A DNA stretch of 64,000 nucleotides from an uncultured Planctomycetota bacterium (GCA_963845755.1 CAWJTV010000011.1:1248001-1312000), one strand, 5' to 3'. Shown: positions 26,865 to 38,715, counted from the first letter of the stretch. Numbers and translations are program-made. Notes: generated by a model from the letters alone, not told the origin.

Positions 26865-27878
26865 TCAACCCTTATACGACACCACCGCCTGTTGCGTCGT
26901 CGGCGGAAGAGCGTGGAATTCGCTACGCAGGAACCCGGCCCGGGCAAAAATCGACTGGAATTCCGCAAACGTGTACGCGTCGCCGTGGGCTGTGGTGGCG
27001 AGCATCACCAGCGCGAAGTTAGCCGTCGATGGAGGCGTGATGCGATCGGGCTCGGGAATGAATTCCAGCGTCAGGGCTCGGCCACTCGGTGCGAGCGCCG
27101 CGTACGCTTTGGCCGCCAACTGCTCACATGTCGGCACGTCGAAGTGATGCAGGAAGTTGGTCAGGAGCACGATGTCGTAGGGGCCGCCCCAATCCAAGTC
27201 GAAGGCACTACCGGGACGCAGAGCATACCGCTCGGCAACATCCGCCCTACGAGCATTCTCCTCTGCGACCGCCAGCACATTTGGCCAATCCAGCGCGGTG
27301 ACGTGAGCTTGGCGATAGCGATCCGCGATGGTGATGCCAAACAATCCGTGCCCCGCGGCGACATCGAGCACGCGGAGCGGTTGCCCGGTATCTCCGCCGA
27401 CCAGACCCGCAAGCAACTGGGCCGGCATCTGCATGAGCGGAGCCATTGCGCGAGCGAACTCAACCCAAATCGGGTTGTCGTGAGAGACGGTTCCCTCGTC
27501 GGAAACCGCCGTGCCGCCACGCCGCACGGCCGCCGTCAGTTGCTGGAAGCTCTCCCTCAATCCGGGCGCGAGGATGAAACGAACCGTGCCGCCCAGATAG
27601 GCCGGCGACTTGCGATCGAGAAACGCCGCTGCGTCGGCGGTGATTTCGTAGCGGTCGCCATGTTTGTGAAGGAAGCCGAGGATGGTGAGATAGTCTGCCA
27701 ATATGCGGATGCCACGCGGCGCGGCCTGGCAGGCATTGGCTAACTCGGGAGCCGTCTGGTGCCCGGCAGCCAATCGCGAGAACAAGTCAAGTTCGATGGC
27801 CGCCCGGAGAGCTTCGGTACGCTGATAGGCGCTGATCGTGTCGAAAAACAACGCGGGGGATGGTCCTTGGGGAGGCAT
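26865..27878 (-). CDS. SAM-dependent O-methyltransferase-like protein with dimerization domain
   Basis: AAIELDLF, LDVAAGHG, TNFLHHF. AGGAG RBS. Confidence 0.9.
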   Translation of the reverse strand: MPPQGPSPALFFDTISAYQRTEALRAAIELDLFSRLAAGHQTAPELANACQAAPRGIRILADYLTILGFLHKHGDRYEITADAAAFLDRKSPAYLGGTVRFILAPGLRESFQQLTAAVRRGGTAVSDEGTVSHDNPIWVEFARAMAPLMQMPAQLLAGLVGGDTGQPLRVLDVAAGHGLFGITIADRYRQAHVTALDWPNVLAVAEENARRADVAERYALRPGSAFDLDWGGPYDIVLLTNFLHHFDVPTCEQLAAKAYAALAPSGRALTLEFIPEPDRITPPSTANFALVMLATTAHGDAYTFAEFQSIFARAGFLRSEFHALPPTTQQAVVSYKG

Positions 27879-27892
27879 TGCAACTCCTGATT

Positions 27893-28290
27893 CTATGTTC
27901 GACCGCGACATCTTCGCTCATCGGTGACACCGTGGAGCTTCAGCACGTTCATCAGGGCAATCTGGTTCGAACGCCTGCTCGGGCGACAGCCTGCTGTCGG
28001 CGCAGGTGTCACGCCCCTGAATGCTTCCTGGAAGACCTCCGGCTTCACCCCAAGGAGTGATGCCATCAGAACCACCGGCCTGCAATCGTGCTTCGGGTCA
28101 TCTTCGGGTCCGCCGGAAAAAAACGACGGTGAAACGTCGGCGCGGCCGTGTAGCCGTTCATGGACGCAATTCCGTTAATGAGCGACGTACCCGCCTTATC
28201 GGCCGATGCAGGCATCGACAGGTGAGGGCCGGGACCTGAAGCACAGCCCAATACTCAAGATCGATTATACGAAACGGGCGAAACCATGAA
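27893..28290 (-). pseudogene. Degraded hypothetical gene fragment
   Basis: Short broken frames (LGVKPEVFQEAFRGVTPA...ALMNVLKLHGVTDER) with coding-like composition. Confidence 0.4.
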
Positions 28291-28450
28291 AACGGTCGAG
28301 TGTTGCTGACCGTGCTGCCGGCACCACCGGGACAGTCCCAGCAATGCCGTAACGGCGATTGGAAGCGGACCGGCTGCGGCGGGATAGCCGCGCTTGAGGT
28401 GCAGTCTGTCGGTGCTCTGGACGGGGTGATGTTCCCAGGCGGACCCACCA

Positions 28451-28612
28451 TCACTTGCCCGGTGGCAGGAGGCGTCCTTCCCAGAGGCGCGAGATGGCGG
28501 GCGGGGGAGGCCGGTGCGCGTCGTCAAGGGCGTCTCCCTCGACCTGCTCGACCTCGACCAGGGCCGGGAACATCTCGCGGATCTCGTCGGCCATCTCCGG
28601 CAGGCGGTCAAG
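28451..28612 (-). pseudogene. Remnant of the N-terminus of a planctomycete Ser/Thr kinase
   Basis: LDRLPEMADEIREMFPALVEVEQVEGD resembles the pre-kinase helix of planctomycete STKs (compare EHAAALLEILPAV in the 6855 kinase). Confidence 0.5.
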
Positions 28613-28628
28613 AATCCGACAGACTCCC

Positions 28629-28656
28629 TTGACACGCAACTAAACGGTTGCATAAT
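28629..28656 (+). promoter_or_regulatory. sigma70 promoter with overlapping ArsR operator
   Basis: TTGACA-N16-CATAAT, with the palindrome GCAAC-TAAACG-GTTGC in the spacer and the ATG 6 nt downstream. Confidence 0.7.
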
Positions 28657-28662
28657 GGGGCG

Positions 28663-28992
28663 ATGGACGCAGACCTCGACAAGGTGTTCAAGGCGCTCGC
28701 CGACCCGGGCCGGCGCGTGTTGCTCGATCGTTTGCGCGAGGACAACGGGCAGACGCTGGGCCAGCTCTGCGAGCACTTGAACATGACCCGTCAGGCGGTG
28801 ACAAAGCACCTCAAACTGCTGGAAGAGGCGTCGCTGGTCGTTCCGATCTGGCGTGGCCGCGAGAAGCTGCATTACCTCAACCCGGTGCCGATCCACGCGA
28901 TCGCCGAGCGCTGGATCGGGAAATTCGAGCGGGGCCGCCTCCGCGCGCTGGCCGAGCTCAAGAAAAAGTTGGAAGGAGAAGCCGATGGCTGA
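28663..28992 (+). CDS. ArsR/SmtB family transcriptional regulator
   Basis: VFKALADPGRR, MTRQAVTKHL, GREKLHYLNPVPI. Confidence 0.92.
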   Translation: MDADLDKVFKALADPGRRVLLDRLREDNGQTLGQLCEHLNMTRQAVTKHLKLLEEASLVVPIWRGREKLHYLNPVPIHAIAERWIGKFERGRLRALAELKKKLEGEADG

Positions 28993-29446
28993 TTCGCGGT
29001 TCGTCTACGTGACCTACATCCGGACGACACCGGAGAAGCTGTGGGAGGCGCTGATCGATCCGGAGTTCACCCGGCGTTACTGGGTGGAGACCTGGCAGGA
29101 ATCCGAATGGCAGCCGGGCGCTTCCTGGCGGCTGATGATCCCCGACGGTCGCGTCGGCGACAGCGGTGAGATCCTCGAGATCGAGCCGGGTCGCCGACTC
29201 GTCCTGTCGTGGCGCAACGAGTTCAAGCCCGATCTGCGCGCCGAGGCTCCTTCTCGCCTGACCTACGAGATTGAGAGCCAGGGTGAGTCGGTCAAGCTCA
29301 CCGTCATCCACGAGAGCGAGACACCCGGCTCGAAGCTCATCGAGGCCGTGTCGAACGGCTGGCCGATGATCCTGGCGAGCCTCAAGAGCCTCCTCGAGAC
29401 CGGAGAGCCGCTCGAAGAGTCCCGCCGATGGCCGAAGGGGATGTGA
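28985..29446 (+). CDS. SRPBCC / AHSA1-like domain protein
   Basis: FVYVTYIRTTPEKLWEAL...GWPMILASLKSLLETG. Overlaps the ArsR stop. Confidence 0.92.
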   Translation: MADSRFVYVTYIRTTPEKLWEALIDPEFTRRYWVETWQESEWQPGASWRLMIPDGRVGDSGEILEIEPGRRLVLSWRNEFKPDLRAEAPSRLTYEIESQGESVKLTVIHESETPGSKLIEAVSNGWPMILASLKSLLETGEPLEESRRWPKGM

Positions 29447-29708
29447 GACGAGAGAAGGGGGGCGCGCTGATGAGCACGCCCCGGCGTCGAGTGCGGAAAG
29501 GGGTCTGGAGTCGAGACTCGGAATCGGCTTCAGGCTCATTTGTCATCTCCATGAGGATGGGCGACACGGATTTCGAAGAAGCGATGAGGGGCACCGACTT
29601 CCCAGAGCCGGTGGGCCGATCGCACCTCGCCAGGACGTGCGGCCGGCGGTTACGATAGGGCCGAGCCAGGAATGTTTTCTGATCGCGTCCCCGAGGAGAG
29701 AATCACCG

Positions 29709-30170
29709 GTGGAATCCCTCACGACGGCTCCGGATAACGTCGAGTCCGCGACGACCCGATCCACAATCGTGGCCTTCCGGCTCACGATGGCCTCGATCTG
29801 GACCATCGTGATCCTGGTCCTGTGCTGGATGCCCGGCGAGTGGATCCAGGAGGTCGAGCAAGGGTCGCCCTGGTTCGAGATCCCCGACCTCGACAAGGTG
29901 GTCCACTGGGGGATCTTCGTCGTCTTCGCCGTCCTCTGGCTGCGGCTCGGGACCTCGCGATGGCGGTATGCCTGGGTCGCGCTGGGTGGCCTGGCCGTGG
30001 CGGCGATCAGCGAGCTCGTGCAGAACCTGCCGTGGGTCGGGCGAGACGGGGAAATCGGTGACGGCATCACCGACATGGTCGGTGTCTTGCTCGGCCTGAT
30101 CGTCGCTCGCTGGCTCGAGCCCCTGCTGCGCGGGTTGGAATCCCGCCTGTTCCGGGGTTCGACCTCATGA
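29709..30170 (+). CDS. VanZ-like membrane protein
   Basis: DKVVHWGIF, SELVQ...GRDG...D. GTG start after GAGGAG. Confidence 0.75.
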   Translation: MESLTTAPDNVESATTRSTIVAFRLTMASIWTIVILVLCWMPGEWIQEVEQGSPWFEIPDLDKVVHWGIFVVFAVLWLRLGTSRWRYAWVALGGLAVAAISELVQNLPWVGRDGEIGDGITDMVGVLLGLIVARWLEPLLRGLESRLFRGSTS

Positions 30171-30229
30171 GGCGGCCGTCGTGATGCGCGTGCAGCAACC
30201 CTCCGGATGCCCGGGAAAGGGATACAGCG

Positions 30230-32159
30230 ATGATGCGAGACTCGTGCCGGTTGCGCAGGCCGGTGGTGACGATCGGGATCAGCCTCTGGGGGATCGTTGC
30301 GATGGCGGCACCGCTCGCCGCCCGGGAGGGCGGTCGGGCGTTGTCCCTGGGCTGGGACAAGGAGATGTTGACGATCCGCGGGAAACACCTGCCCGGCGGC
30401 GCGCTCGAGGTCTGGTACATCGAGGCTTACTGCCGCCCCGGTTCGACACATCGTGATTGGAAGCAAACCGTCATCCCTCACAAGACGGAACGGATCGCGG
30501 CCGACGCCGACGGCCGTCGCATCGCGCTCCGCTCGCGACTGGACGACGGCGTGGTGGTCGACCACGAGATCCGGGCCGGGCGGGACGAGGTCGATTTCCG
30601 GGTGGTCGCGACCAACCCGACCGCGGTCGAGTCCCGGGCGCAATGGGCACAGCCCTGCATCCGCGTTGACCGGTACGCGGGCACCCGGGCCGAGCGGGTC
30701 CGAAGCCTATCTGCCCCGGTGTTTCCTCTACGTCAACGGCAGGCCAACCCGGATGCCCACGACGCCCTGGGCCCTCTCCGCGCTCTACACGCCGGGCCAG
30801 GTCTGGTGTCCCGAAGGAGTCAGCCGTGATGATGTGAATCCGCGTCCGTTGAGTTCCATCGTCCCGTCCAGCGGCCTGATCGGCTGCGTCTCGGCGGACG
30901 GCAAGGAGATGCTGGCCACCGCCTGGGAACCCTACCAGGAGCTGTTCCAGGGCGTCATCGTCTGCCTGCATTCCGACTTCCGGATCGGCGGATTGAAGCC
31001 GGGCGAATCGAAGACGATCCGCGGCAAGATCTACCTGATGCCGGCCGATTTCGCGGAGCTGGAGGCGCGGTACCGCAAGGATTTTCCCGAGCAAGTCCGC
31101 CGGAATCCCCCGGCCAATCCCGGCGCGGCGGCGAAGACGCTTATCGAGTTCGGCTGGGATGAGCCCGGGACCGCCTTCCTGCGCAGCCACCGCGCCGAGC
31201 TCGAGGCCACGCCGTTCGACGGCTGTGTCTTCCACGTCGACGCGCATCCGGCCCGGGGAGCACCGGTCAGCTTCACCTGGCGCGGCTGGGGCCGGCGGTC
31301 GTTCTCCGCCGATGAGCTGACGTCGGCGCGCGGCGACCTGGAGTCGCTGGGCCGGTCGCGGTTCCGACACAACTTCCTCCGATTCAACGTGACGCCCGCC
31401 GACCTCGACTGGTTCGACGACCACGCGGCGGTCGTCAACAATGCCGGGCTCGCCGCCCAACTCGCCCGCGCCGGTCACTGCCGGGGAATCCTGTTCGACA
31501 CCGAGCAATACGAGGGGAAGCTCTTCGAGTACGCGAAGCAGCGCGATGCGAAGCGGCGCACCTGGGACGACTACGCCGCCCAGGCCCGCCGTCGCGGCCG
31601 CGAGGTCATGACCGCCTTCCAGGAGGGATTCCCCGACCTCACCGTGTTCCTGACCTTCGGGCACAGCCTCCTCTGGAAGCAGACCGAGCACGGGAAGACG
31701 CCGCTGGCCGAGTGCCGCTACGGCCTGCTCGTCCCCTTCCTCGACGGCATGATCGACGCCGCCAAGGGCCGGGCGCGAATCATCGATGGACACGAGATGT
31801 CCTATGGATACCGAGACGCCGATGCCTTCGCGCAGGCCCGCCGAACGATCCGGCACGACGCCGCGACCCTGGCCGCCGACCGCGCGGCCTATCAACGCGT
31901 GGTCTCCGCCGGCTTCGGGCTCTGGCTCGATTACGACTGGCGGAAGGAGGGATGGAGCACCGCCGACACCGGGAAGAACTACTTCTCTCCCGGACGATTC
32001 GAGACTAGCCTCCGCGCCGCGATCGAGCAATCGGATGAGTTCGTCTGGATCTATACGGAGAAACCCCGATGGTGGTCCGACAAGGGCGGAGCGGTCGATC
32101 TGCCACCGGTATACGTCGAGACCGTACGGCGCGTCCGGCGGGCGCTGGTGGGGGAATGA
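30230..32159 (+). CDS. Secreted two-domain hypothetical protein; frameshift near 30690; C-terminal half possibly a glycoside hydrolase-like barrel
   Basis: ORFs 30230..30829 and 30453..32159 join. Signal peptide present; motifs LIEFGWD, PFDG, GILFDTEQY, VWIYTE. Confidence 0.65.
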
Positions 32160-32220
32160 AAAGGGTGCTTTCATCGGGGCCCTGTCGGAGAGGAGCACGG
32201 ACGGAATGGTTGAGAGCCGA

Positions 32221-35200
32221 TCAGAAACTCGTCTCCGTCGATTCGTTGCTGATCCGCGAGAAACCGGGTGCGAACATCCCGGCCCATCGGGGTGGCGAGA
32301 CGATCCCTTGTTCCTGGAGCGCTTTCTCGGCGGCCTCGCGGAGTGCGCGAGACTCGGCGTCGGTCAGGACCTCGCCGAGGCGGTAGCGCATGAGGTGGGC
32401 GTGGAGCGGCATGTCGGCCTGATCATAAAGCGTGGACGCTGAGGTGAGCGCGTCGGCGGCGCGGACGGGGTCTTCCTGGCAGGCGGCGATGGCGGCGCGG
32501 ATGTAATGGGCATGGGCGACGCCCCAGGCCTGTCCCTCGCGCTCGAGCTGCTGGGCATCGCGGCCGGCCTGGAGCAAAAGCGCCTCGGGCTCGGTGGACT
32601 TCTCCGCGATCGCCACGGCGATGCGTGCCCGCTGCTCGAGCATCTGGATGCGAATCAGTTGGATGCGGAAGAGCAACGAACGGGAATACTCGGGCCAGGT
32701 GGCGTCGACGCGGGCCCAGGCCCGGGCGATCGCGCCGCGATAGAGGTCCAGGTGGATCAGGGCATCGAAGGCGGAGACGTGCTGGAGGTTGAATGGCCCG
32801 TTGCCCCGTCGGTTCAGGAATGCTTCGAGATCGGCCTCCGACCCCGGGGTCTCGTTGCCGGCCAGCTTGATCATGGTCATGTAGAACGAGGTCAAGGTCG
32901 TGGCGGCGTAGAGGTCGCCGCGATCGCGGGCCTCCTGGTACAGGACGGTCCATCGCCGCTTGAGCTCGTCCATCTGGCCCAGTTGCAGCAACGCCCGCAG
33001 GGCGAAGTTGCTCCCGGTATCGCGCTCCCAGGCGACGCCCGTGCAATGATTGCGGAAGAGGTCCTCCGCCCGATCGAGGGCGGTCTGGGCGTCCTTCCAG
33101 CGGCCGAACAGGAGCGAGCTGAGCCCGCGCACCAACTCGACCATCCCCCGGGCGTGGGGAGAATCGATCCGCTGCGCCAGGGCCTCGGCGACCGCCAGCA
33201 GCGCCGCGACGCGCGGCACGGCGGACAGGCCGACGGTGGCCCGATGTGCCGCCTCCATGGCCAGGGCGCGGGCGATGCGAAACGGCTCGCCGGCCCGGAG
33301 TGCCAGCAGGAGCCCGCGGGTCTGGAAGTCGGCGCCGCGGATCGGCTCGATCATGCTCAGGCCGGTGACGGCCGACCAGCAGAGGTCGATCCGGGTGAGG
33401 TCCATCGGGGGAACCTGGCTCTGGTCCCGCTCGTGGAAGCGGAGCCCGCGCAACCGGAGCCGGCCCCGATGCCAGATCAACGAGGCGAGGGCGAGGCGGG
33501 GCGTCTCGGGCATGCTCAGGCCCATCTGGGTGAACAGGGTGCGCAGCAGGGTGAGCCCGTCGTCCAGGTGGCCGCTGATGAGGAGTTGGTTCGAGGCCAG
33601 GCGTTTCAACTCCAGGGTCTCGGCCGCCGTGGCGGAGATGGCGGCGGTCAGATAAGCCTGGGCCGCCTCGGCCCCGCGGCCGGCGTTGGTCAGCGCATCG
33701 CCCAGCCGCTTCCACAGGCCGCGGGCCTGGTCCACCGGCCCCGGATGGAGTTCCACCGCGATCCGGTAGAGCCGCGCCGCGTGGTCGAAGGCCAGGGCCG
33801 TCGCGGCTTGATCGGCCCCGCGCGAATAGAACTCGCACGCGCGCCCGGTCTCGCCGGCCCCGCGATAATGCCCGGCGAGGACCTCGGCGTTGACCGAGCC
33901 GGCGGCGGACAGGACCGTCGCCAGTCGTTGGTGATGCCACATCAAGGTCTCCGGCGGCAAGTGGGCCACGACCGTCTCGCGGATCCGGTCGTGGTAGGTC
34001 TCGACGTCGTCCTGCTGGTTCTGGCCGATGCAACGGATCAGCCGGGCCGTGCGGAGCGAGGCCAGGGCCACCCGCCCCCGCCGCCCAGGTCGCCGGCCTG
34101 GAAGGCCAGGGCCTGACGGATCGGGCGTCCCGAGACGGCCACGACCCCCAGCAGCCGCTGCGATTCCTCCGGCTGCCGCTGGATCCGCTCCCAGAGCACC
34201 TCATCCAGATCGAGCTGACCGATCGCCTCCCAGTGATCGATCGGCTCGCCCCCCTGGATGTGTTTGACCAGCTCGTCGATGAAGAGCGGGTTCCCGCCCG
34301 ACTCCCGGGCCACCATGCGCGCCTGGGCCCGCGACACGGCGTCATCCCGCCCCAGCAGGACCAGGGTCAGGGCGCGCGCCTCGGACTGCGTCAAGGGCTC
34401 GACGGCCAGCTCGCGGTGGTCGAGCCGTGAGGAGCCACCGGCGATCGACTTGCGGATCTCGGTCAAGAACGGGCTCCCTTCGGCGTCCTCGGAGCGGAAG
34501 CAGCCCAGGAAAAACAGGACGGGCGACTGCGGCGAGCAGATCAGGTCGGAGAGCAGGATGGCGCTATCGACGTCGCCCCACTGGAGGTCGTCGATGGCCA
34601 GGACCAGGGCGGTCCGCCTCGCCAGCCGGACCAGCAGCTCGCGGAGCCCGGCGAAGGCCCGGCGCCGCAGCTCCTGCGGATCGGGCATCTCCGGCGGCGC
34701 CTGGCGCCGCACCGAGGCCACCGCCTCGACGCTCTGCAACACCGGGAAGACCCGCGCCAGGAACGGCACCTCGGGGGGCAGCAGCGCCTGGACCTCACGC
34801 GCCGTCAGTCCTTTCAGATGCCGCACCAGGGCGTCGATCAAGCTATCCAGCGCCTTGTATGGGACCGATTCGCGCTCGTAACACCGCCCGGCGAGGACGA
34901 CGGCCTCATCCCGGGCGATCAGGCCGTCGAGGAACGACCGGATCAGCGTGGTCTTGCCGGTCCCCGTCCGGCCGAAGACGAAGATCGACTCGGTCCGGCC
35001 CAGGTTCAGGCTGGAGAACACGCCATCGAGGACCTGGAGGTGCCGCGACCGGCCGATCAAGGGGAAGGACCGGTACGGCTCGGGGACGTCGACCAGCTCC
35101 GGGACCTGGCCGCTCAAGAGCGCGATGATCTCGCGACCGCCCGGCCGACGCGTCGGGTCCCGGTCCAGCAGCGTCAGGCAGAGCCGGACCAGGTCCTCCG

Positions 35201-36575
35201 GGATCCCGGCCACCCGCGCGGCCGGCGACGGCGGCGGCTGCGTCCGCTTGGCGATGATCAGCTCCTGGGGCGAACCGGCGAACGGGAGCCGGCCGGTCAG
35301 GGCCTCATAGAGCATGACGCCGACACTGTACCAGTCGCTCGCCGGCGTGATGGTCAACCCGGCCGCCTGCTCCGGCGACATGTGGGCCACCGTGCCGACG
35401 ATCTGACGATCCGGGCTCTTGTGCCGGCCCGAGCTCTCCAGGTCGGCGGTCAGCCCGAAGTCCAGCAGGACGACCCGTCCCTCGAGGGTCACCAGGACAT
35501 TCGTCGGCTTGATGTCCCGATGCAGCTTCCCCGATCGATGCAGCGCATCGACTCCGGCGGCCAACTGCCGCATCGCATCGCGGAGGCGGGCATCATCGAA
35601 GACGGGCGACCCTGGGCCGTCGCGGACGGCCCCGGGTGCCGTTGGCGTCGCGATCCCTTCGCCTCGACCCGAAGCCGTGTTTCCCGAGGCGCAGCGCGGG
35701 ACGCTCACCGACAGCCGGTCCCTGAGGTAGGTGACGAAGTCGCAACCCTCGACCAGCTCCATCGTGAAGAACCACCGATCTTCGACGACGAACATCTCAT
35801 ACAGGTTGACCAGGTTCGGATGAGTGATATCGCTCAGCGCGCGGAATTCTTGCTTGAACCGGACCAGGGCCGCGGGATCCATGCGTCGCATGGTCTTGAG
35901 GGCGACGAGCTCCCCGCGCTGCTGGTCATAGGCCTCGTAGACGACGCCCATCCCGCCCGCGCCCACGCGGCGGACCAGCGTGAACCGCACGGAGTTGAGC
36001 ATCGCCCGGAGGCTCTCGGCCTCCGACCTGAGATGATGGTGCTCGTCCAGTGCGTAGGACAGGTTCTCATAATCACCGGTCTCGCCGACAGCGGTCGGGC
36101 CGCGGGTGACCCGCAGGTCGCTCGGGGGGTTCGGCAGGGCCGCCGTGGAGGAGACTTCGCGAGCCAGGGCGGCCGGATCGACCTCGGTGTCGTTCCGCCG
36201 CGACTCGAAGGCGACCGGCTCGGTGGGCGTCTCCGAGAGCACAAGGGACGGCGAGTGGCCCGCGATGGTCTCGTTCAACCGGCCGAACGACCGGCGCCGT
36301 TCTTGACGCTCGCCGTCGACCAGCGGACGGATGAGCTCGCCACGTTCGGCGATGTCCGGGAACGCCGACAGATAGACGCGGATCGGAAGCGGCAGCCCGT
36401 GCCGCCATCGCTGATGCTGATCGACCAGCAACACCTCGAGCCGGTCCTCGGCGCCCACGGCCAGATGCGACGACAGGAAGCTGAAGACATCGGGGACGGG
36501 CGGCCCGGCCTCCCAGAGGCGCGCGAACTGCCCGGCCAGGCACTCGTCCTCATTCGAGCCGGAATTGGAATTCAT
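32221..36575 (-). CDS. Ser/Thr kinase + AAA ATPase + helical repeat protein; frameshift near 34075
   Basis: GAGGMGVVY, HRDIKPTN, DFGL, Walker A GRTGTGKT, IDDLQWGD, GGNPLF, HDRIRE. The break lies in a G-rich run. Confidence 0.88.
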
Positions 36576-36864
36576 CGCCCGGTGACTCCCGTCGCCCGCC
36601 ACGATCGCGACTCGTGCGAGTTTCCGGGAACCGTCTCTCACCCCGGTGCTGGTCCCCCGGAATTCGTCGCAAGTCTCCCTAGGATACGGAGGCAACGGTG
36701 CGCCAGGCAATCGAGGACCCGGGCCGATCGGCGACATAGAAGCGATCCTTGCTTGCGATGGGTGATTGATTGCGATCTTCCTGCTTTGTACGTCCGGTTG
36801 ACGAGTCGCACGCACGCTGCCACGCTTGAGTTGTCCCATCGTGTCGCGCCGACGTTGGGCCGGT

Positions 36865-37125
36865 CCACTATTCCCTAAATTCCGATTATTTTGCCTGACC
36901 CCTACAGCCGTGGCTTCGTTTTTCGCCTTTGACGGGGGCCGGACGGCGAGTTTGGGTTCGTTTTGCGACGTTCGCTGCCATGGGGTTAATCCGCTTTTCC
37001 GCAAATTCGTTATATTTTGCCCAGTCGTTACAATCGTGGCTTCGTTTGAGGCGTTTCGCGATGGCCGGTCCTGGGTCCGTTCACTCCTCTCAGGCCGGCC
37101 GGAGGGCGGGCCTGGGTTCGTTTGG
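36865..37125 (-). repeat. Array of AAACGAA(C/G)CCA motifs with an internal imperfect direct repeat
   Basis: Plus-strand TGG(C/G)TTCGTTT at about 36911, 36953, 37037 and 37113. An imperfect ~55-bp repeat recurs at a 126-bp period. Confidence 0.6.
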
Positions 37126-37312
37126 CGGCTTTCGCATCGGCGTGTTTCTTCGTGACCCGACGCCCGAGCCCCCAGGCCTGATCCTCTTCGGTTTCGCATC
37201 GCATCACCCTCGGATCAGCTTATTTGCGCACCCCGAACGCTCTTGGGAAGTCCCGACGTGCTTATTATAGGCAATTCTGGCGGTTCCGGCCACAACTTTA
37301 AAAAGAATCTGA

Positions 37313-37497
37313 GAGTCGGTTCCCAAAGCCCCAGAGGGGCGACCGGACGTAGCCAGGGGCGTGAGCCCCTGGACGATCTGTCGCCCCTCCGGGGCTCCCC
37401 GAATCGGGGGAACCCCCCTCGTCCAGGGGCTCACGCCCCTGGCTACGTGCTTCCGCCCCCATCCGGGGGCTCAGGAAGGGACTTAGGGAACAGACTC
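37313..37497. mobile_element. MITE-like element: 16-bp imperfect TIRs enclosing a REP-like doublet
   Basis: Left end GAGTCGGTTCCCAAAG; right end reverse complement GAGTCTGTTCCCTAAG. Flanks are TGA and TAA. Internal perfect 30-bp IR at 37347-37376 and 37419-37448. Confidence 0.7.
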
Positions 37498-37500
37498 TAA

Positions 37501-38354
37501 AGGTGCTCGGAAAAAATGAATCCACTGGCACGCTGTCTGCTCTTGAGTCCTTCGGAGAGTGATCTCCCGAACCGAAGGAGGACCACCATGAAACCCCTTG
37601 GCGTCTCCGACCTCGCACGTGGAATTCGCCCTGGAGCCCTTGCTGCCACCCCCGCCTCCGCGCCGCTTCCGCTTCCAGGCCGGGACGCAAACCCCTGGAC
37701 TACCGCAAGATCCTCACCGGCATCTTGTTCGTGCTCAAGACCGGCATCGCCTAGGGACGACTTGCCCGCCGACCTCGGCTGCGGCTGCGGCAAGACCTGC
37801 CGGTCCTACCTGCAGGCGGTGGCAGCAGGCCGGTGCGTCCTGGCGCCAGTTGCACGCCGTCTTGCTGGCGCGCGCTGGACGGGCGTCGACGCGATCGACT
37901 GGGAGCGGTGCCGTGATCGACGCCTCCTTCGCCAAGGCCCCGGAAGGGGCGGCGAGGACATGGTCCGGATCGATGGAGCGGAGCAAATCCGGCAATAAGT
38001 TCCACGAGGACCGGAGCAAATCCGGCAGCAAGCACCACGTGATGACCGACGCCCAAGGCGTGCCGCTGGCGGCGACGGTGACCGCCGCCAACGTCCCCGA
38101 GATCACCCAGGTCTTCACGACGCTCGACGACATGCCGCCGGTGGGCGGCAAGCCGGGGCCGAAGCGGCAGAAGCCCGACCGCTTGCAGGGGGATCGGGGC
38201 TACGACTCGGAACCGGTGCGGCAGGGTTTGCGCAGGCCGGGGGACCACGCCGGTGCTGGCGGCCCGCAAGACGGAGCACGGCAGCGGTTTGGGCAAGTCC
38301 CGCTGGTACGTAGAGCGGACCATCGCGTGGCTGCACTCCTTCGGCCGGCTCTAA
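37501..38354 (+). mobile_element. IS5-family transposase remnant (multiple frameshifts, 3' truncated)
   Basis: ILTGILFVLKTGI, AVIDASF, RSKSGSKHHVMTDAQGVPL, LQGDRGYDSE, RWYVERTIAWLHSFGRL*. Confidence 0.85.
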
Positions 38355-38451
38355 GACGCGACTGGCCGCTGCGGACAGAGGTCGAGTGCCATCGCCTGGA
38401 ACCCGATCGTATCGTGTCTTCGAGCGAGAACGCCGACATCGGCGGATGAGG

Positions 38452-38715
38452 TCAAACTCCGACCTTCTCCAGGTTCCTGTCGCGCATTCGGATCTCCTCG
38501 ATGAGACCTTCAGCTTCCGTGGATGCTTGGAGCCTGGTACGACCTAGCCGTAGGATTCGTCGAACCTCCTCCCGGACGCCATTCGAATGGAGGCGGAACT
38601 GACCGACCACGACCGGTTCGAGATCCTCAAGGCTCTCGTCGGGATACTCGTAGAGGTCAAGCCTCTCAATGGCGTGCAGCGCGATTGCTACGCCCCGCTT
38701 GTACCGGGCTTTCAT
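38452..38715 (-). CDS. Hypothetical protein or gene fragment
   Basis: 87-aa ORF with no recognised motif. Confidence 0.3.
   Translation of the reverse strand: MKARYKRGVAIALHAIERLDLYEYPDESLEDLEPVVVGQFRLHSNGVREEVRRILRLGRTRLQASTEAEGLIEEIRMRDRNLEKVGV

Noticed and set aside
36865..37125. Possible degenerate CRISPR
   Set aside because: The motif is only about 11 bp and the spacing is irregular.
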